Source of the DNA: an uncultured Gaiellaceae bacterium
GTDB lineage: Bacteria; Actinomycetota; Thermoleophilia; Gaiellales; Gaiellaceae
DNA: 64,000 nucleotides
Direction: 5' to 3'
Assembly (NCBI GenBank): GCA_963735585.1
Contig: CAVTLI010000003.1
Coordinates: 14,874 to 78,873, forward strand
In this document: in pieces, positions 60,199 through 64,000 of the stretch
Numbering within the stretch: the stretch's first letter is position 1
Layout of the letters: every line of letters starts with the position of its first letter
The notes under the pieces: generated by a model
The model's database searches: none
What the model was told of the DNA's origin: nothing
The model's input: only the letters and a program-made list of their open reading frames with translations
Program-made: the position numbers and the translations under genes

Positions 60199-61859
60199 CT
60201 CTCGAAGACGTCCGGCTCCTGCACGACCGGCGCGTGCCGATGCGGGACGGGATCTCGCTCTCCGCCGACGTCTACCTGCCGCTCTCGGGCGGCCCGCACC
60301 CGACGATCGTGCAGTGGACGCCGTACGAGTCGACGCGCGAGCGCTTCGTCGGCTGGGGCGTCTGGTTCGCGCAGCGCGGCTACGCGGCCGTCGTCCTCGA
60401 CGTGCGCGGCCGCTACGAGTCGGAGGGCGTCTTCGAGGCGTGGACGTCCGACGGCGTCGACGCGCAGGACACGCTCACCTGGGCGGCCGGCGAGCCGTGG
60501 TGCAACGGGCGCATCGGCACCTGGGGCCGGAGCTACGGCGGGCTCGTGCAGTGGCAGCTGATGCACCTCGGCCACCCGAACCTCGAGTGCATCGCGCCGC
60601 AGGTGATCCACGACGACTACTTCTGGGACGGCTACTGGACGGGCGGCGCCTTCCAGCTCGCGCTCACGCTCGGCGCGGCGGCGCTCTGGTCGAGCGCGAT
60701 CAGCCTGATCACAGGCCCGAGCGCGGCCGACTTCGTCCTGAACGACCGCGTCTTCCGCCACCTGCCGCTGATCGAGCTCGACGAGGTCGCGATCGGGCGC
60801 AAGGTCGACTACTGGCGGGAGTGGTGGGAGCATCAGGAAAACGATGCGTACTGGCAGCAGTTCCACCACCGCCCCGAGACGGTCACCGTGCCGATCTTCC
60901 AGCAGGGCGGCTGGTTCGACCCCTACTCCGGCTCGCACCTGCGCTCCTTCGCCGCGATCGGCGATCGCGTCCCGAACCGCGTCCTGATGGGGCCGTGGTC
61001 GCACGAGGAGGAGGTGGAGAAGTTCACCGCCGACGTCGATCTCTCCCCCGCGCTCACCGTCGTCCGCGACCACGAGCTCGCCTTCTACGACCGCTACCTG
61101 CGCGACGAGGGCAACGACTGGGAGGAGCGGCCGCCGCTCGAGCTCTACGTGCTCGGCGCGGGCGAGTGGCGCGGCGAGCGCGAGTGGCCGCTGCCGGGCA
61201 CCGAGCCGACGCCGTGGTACCTGCGGCGCGACGGCGCCCTCGACGTCGACCCGCCGCGCTCCGACGAGCCCGGCGACCGCTACGACTACGACCCCGAGAA
61301 CCCGGTGCCGACGATCGGCGGCGTCAACTCCGTGCTGACGATGACCCAGGGCGCGCGCGAGCCGGTGCTGCCGGGGCCGCGCGACCAGCGCGTCTCGGAG
61401 GCGCGCGACGACGTGCTCGTCTACACGAGCGCCGAGCTCGAGCAGGATCTCGACGTGATCGGCCCGGTCGAGATGATCCTCTACGCGGCGTCGAGCGCCC
61501 GCGACACCGACTTCATCGTCCGGCTCTGCGACGTCTACCCCGACGGCCGCTCGATCTTCCTCACCGAGGGGATCATCCGCGCGCGCTACCGCGGCTCCGA
61601 GCGCGGCGAGAGCACCGAGCTGCTGGAGCCGGGCGAGGTCGCGCTCTACCGGATCCGCCTCTACCCGGCGGCGAACGTCTTCCGCCGCGGCCATCGCATC
61701 CGGCTCGACGTGACGAGCTCGAGCTTCCCGCGCTTCAGCCGCAACCTGAACACGGGCGAGGACGTCGCCACCGGCACGCGGATGGAGGTCGCGCACCAGA
61801 CGGTGCTGCACACGGACGCGTACCCGTCGCACGTGCTGCTGCCGGTCGTCCCGCGGTGA
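60195..61859 (+). CDS. CocE/NonD-family (S15 X-Pro dipeptidyl-peptidase-like) serine hydrolase
   Basis: Track ORF 554 aa. VPMRDGISLSADVYLP, GYAAVVLDVRG...SEG, GTWGRSYGG (nucleophile elbow GxSYxG). C-terminal beta-sandwich FRRGHRIRLDVTSS.FPRF. Confidence 0.9.
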   Translation: MTLEDVRLLHDRRVPMRDGISLSADVYLPLSGGPHPTIVQWTPYESTRERFVGWGVWFAQRGYAAVVLDVRGRYESEGVFEAWTSDGVDAQDTLTWAAGEPWCNGRIGTWGRSYGGLVQWQLMHLGHPNLECIAPQVIHDDYFWDGYWTGGAFQLALTLGAAALWSSAISLITGPSAADFVLNDRVFRHLPLIELDEVAIGRKVDYWREWWEHQENDAYWQQFHHRPETVTVPIFQQGGWFDPYSGSHLRSFAAIGDRVPNRVLMGPWSHEEEVEKFTADVDLSPALTVVRDHELAFYDRYLRDEGNDWEERPPLELYVLGAGEWRGEREWPLPGTEPTPWYLRRDGALDVDPPRSDEPGDRYDYDPENPVPTIGGVNSVLTMTQGAREPVLPGPRDQRVSEARDDVLVYTSAELEQDLDVIGPVEMILYAASSARDTDFIVRLCDVYPDGRSIFLTEGIIRARYRGSERGESTELLEPGEVALYRIRLYPAANVFRRGHRIRLDVTSSSFPRFSRNLNTGEDVATGTRMEVAHQTVLHTDAYPSHVLLPVVPR

Positions 61860-63361
61860 TCGTCCGCGGCGCGACCGTCTACCCGGGCGACGCGCCGCCG
61901 CTGCAGGCCGACGTCGTCGTCGAGGACGGGCGGATCGCGGCAGTCGGGAGTGGTCTCGGCGGCGAGGACGTCGTCGACGGGGCAGGTCTCTGGCTCTGCC
62001 CCGGCTTCATCGACCTGCACGCGCACACGGCGCTGCGCTCGTTCGACGAGCCGCTGCTGCCGGAGGCCGTCGCGCAGGGCGTGACGACGCAGGTGATCAA
62101 CCCGGACGGGCTCGCGCCCGCGCCCGTCGCTCGCGAGCGGTGGCGCGACCGGATGGTCTACCTGCGCGCGGCGGAGGGGCCGGGGCCGGACGAGTGGGGC
62201 TGGACGACCTTCGCCGAGTACCTCGACGCGCTCGACGCGACCCGTCCCGCGATCTCGCTCGTCCCCTCGATCGGCGCCGGTGCCGTGCGCGACACCGTGA
62301 TCGGCGGCGAGCGGCGCGCGCCGACGGCGGACGAGCTCGAGGCGATGCGGCACGAGGTGCGCGCCGGCTTCGAGGCCGGAGCCACGAACCTCTCCTTCGG
62401 CCTCGTCTACTTCCCGGGCGCGCACGCGGGCACCGACGAGCTCGTCGCGCTGGCCGAGGTGGCGGCCGAGTTCGGCGCGCCGCTCGTGCCGCACGTGCGC
62501 AACGAGGGCGCGGGCCTGCTCGGCGCGATCGAGGAGATGCTCGACGTCTCCCGCCGCTCAGGCGCCTCCCTGCACGTCTCGCACCTGAAGTCGCTCGCCG
62601 ACGAGGCGCTGATCGAGCCGCTGCTCGAGCTGCTGGAGACGGCGCGACGTCGACGTGACCTTCGACCAGTACCCCTACGGCGCCGGCTGCACGCTGCTCG
62701 CGAGCCTGCTGCCCGCGTGGGCGCAGGAGGGCGGCGCGGCGGCGACGCTCGAGCGGCTCGTCGACCCGGCGGCGCGGGCGCGGATCGCGCGCGACGTCGC
62801 GGACGGCCTGCCGGGCTGGGAGAACCTGCTCGGCATGCTCGGGCCCGAGGCGATCGTCGTCGAGGGCGAGACGATCGCCGACCGCGGCGGCGACCCCGTC
62901 GAGACGGTGCTCGACCTCGTCGTCGAGTCCGAGCTCGGGGTGCAGATGATCATGCACTACGCCTCCGAGGAGGCCGTGCGCGCGATCGCGCGGCACCCGC
63001 TGATGCTGCTCGGCTCCGACGGGATCTTCGGGACGACGCCGCACCCGCGCCTGTCCGGGAGCGCCGCCCGCTTCCTCGGCCGCCTCTGCCTGCGCGAGGG
63101 GCTGCTGCCGGCGGAGGAGGCGATCGCGCGGCTGACCGCGCGCGCGGCCGACCGCTTCGGGCTCTCGGATCGCGGCCGGATCGAGGTCGGGCAAGCGCGC
63201 CGACCTCGTGCTGTTGGATCCTGCGGCGTACGTGGACGCCGCGACCTACGAGGAGCCGCTGCACCTCGCCGAGGGCGTCGCCGGCGTGTGGGTGGCGGGC
63301 GAGCGCGTCTGGGCCGACGGCGCCCACACCGGCGCGACGGCCGGGAGGCGTCGTCCGGTGA
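61856..63361 (+). pseudogene. second N-acyl-D-amino-acid deacylase-family amidohydrolase, readable only across three apparent +1-nt frameshifts (~62645, ~63192, ~63349)
   Basis: GTG 61856 (GTGA overlap). Frame a: VIVRGATVYPG...CPGFIDLHAHT...HVSHLKS...LLELLETA. Frame b (track ORF 62655): DVDVTFDQYPYGAG...GLSDRGRIEVG. Frame c: KRADLVLLDPAAY...VWVAGERVWADGAHTGATAGR. Frame a again: VVR-stop. Collinear with 50984..52588. Confidence 0.75.
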
Positions 63362-64000
63362 GGCACGACGAGATGCCGTCGATCGCGGCCGAGCGCGCGC
63401 TCGCCGGGCGGGACATGCTGCCGCTGAAGGGCTCGATCGGCGCGCCGCTGCCGCCGCACGTGCGCGAGGCGGTGACGGCGGCGCTCGACGAGCACACGGT
63501 GACGCCGCCGAGCCGCGGTCACCTCTCGTTCCGCGAGGCGATCGCGCGCTCGCTGCCGGCGCCGGCCGACCCGGAGCGCGAGCTCCTCGTCACGAACGGC
63601 GCCATGCACGCGCTCAGCATCCTCTTCCGCGCGCTTGCTCGAGCCCGGCGACGAGGTGATCGTGCCGACGCCGTGCTACTTCTTCGGCGGCCTGATCGAG
63701 CGCGCCGGCGGCGTCTTCGTCCCGGTGCCGGCCATGACCTGGGATCCAGACGCGATCGAGGCCGCGGTGACGCCGCGCTCGCGCGTCCTCGTCCTGACGA
63801 ACCCGAACAACCCGACGGGCTACCTCCCCACCCGCGCCGAGGTCGACGCGATGCTGGCGCTCGCCGCCCGCCACGACCTGACGGTCGTGACCGACGAGGC
63901 GTACGAGCGCTGCATCCACGAGGGCGAGCTCGCGAGCGCCTGGGGCGCCCCGAACGTCGTGCTGGTGCGCAGCCTGGGCAAGAGCCTCGCGCTGCCCGCG
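63358..64000 (+). pseudogene. class I/II PLP aminotransferase, 3' end outside the window, apparent +1-nt frameshift at ~63634
   Basis: GTG 63358 overlaps TGA 63359-63361. ...LSFREAIARSL...LLVTNGAMHALSILFRA, then in the next frame LLEPGDEVIVPTPCYFFGG...VLVLTNPNNPTG...VVTDEAYE...VRSLGKSLALP. Confidence 0.7.

Overview
Very GC-rich (about 70% by eye), gene-dense chromosomal segment. It looks like a high-GC Actinomycetota-type genome, with frequent GTG/TTG starts and many 4-nt ATGA/GTGA start-stop overlaps. I support about 63 protein-coding genes. I found no rRNA, tRNA, CRISPR array, transposase or integrase. Content from left to right: (1) housekeeping and accessory genes, namely SDRs, a lytic transglycosylase, an AKR/ornithine-cyclodeaminase/threonine-dehydratase-like trio, a FliA/WhiG-type sigma factor, tandem YcaQ/AlkZ-like glycosylases, a Cys/Met PLP enzyme, and MFS/MATE/CDF exporters. 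(2) A CUT1-type sugar ABC operon whose first permease carries a large Ig-like loop insertion. (3) A tight four-gene operon of unknown role: FAD oxidoreductase, membrane beta-helix protein, GH15, and a kinase-fold/DUF4032-like protein. (4) An atypical FtsH-like AAA+ metalloprotease translationally coupled to a membrane protein and a small HExxH protein. (5) A LysR-aceA pair. (6) Two large catabolic loci (33.5-43.5 kb and 50-64 kb) rich in enolase-superfamily enzymes, AstE/AspA-type deacylases, D-aminoacylases and PLP enzymes, plus a peptide ABC importer split across two divergent operons. A shared GACAAT/ATTGT motif in their two divergent promoter regions may link them. (7) A cupin + HerA-like ATPase pair. 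At least six apparent single-nucleotide frameshifts interrupt otherwise well-conserved genes, four of them within 62.6-63.7 kb. These may be pseudogenes or sequence errors. All family calls come from reading motifs by eye, with no database search run.
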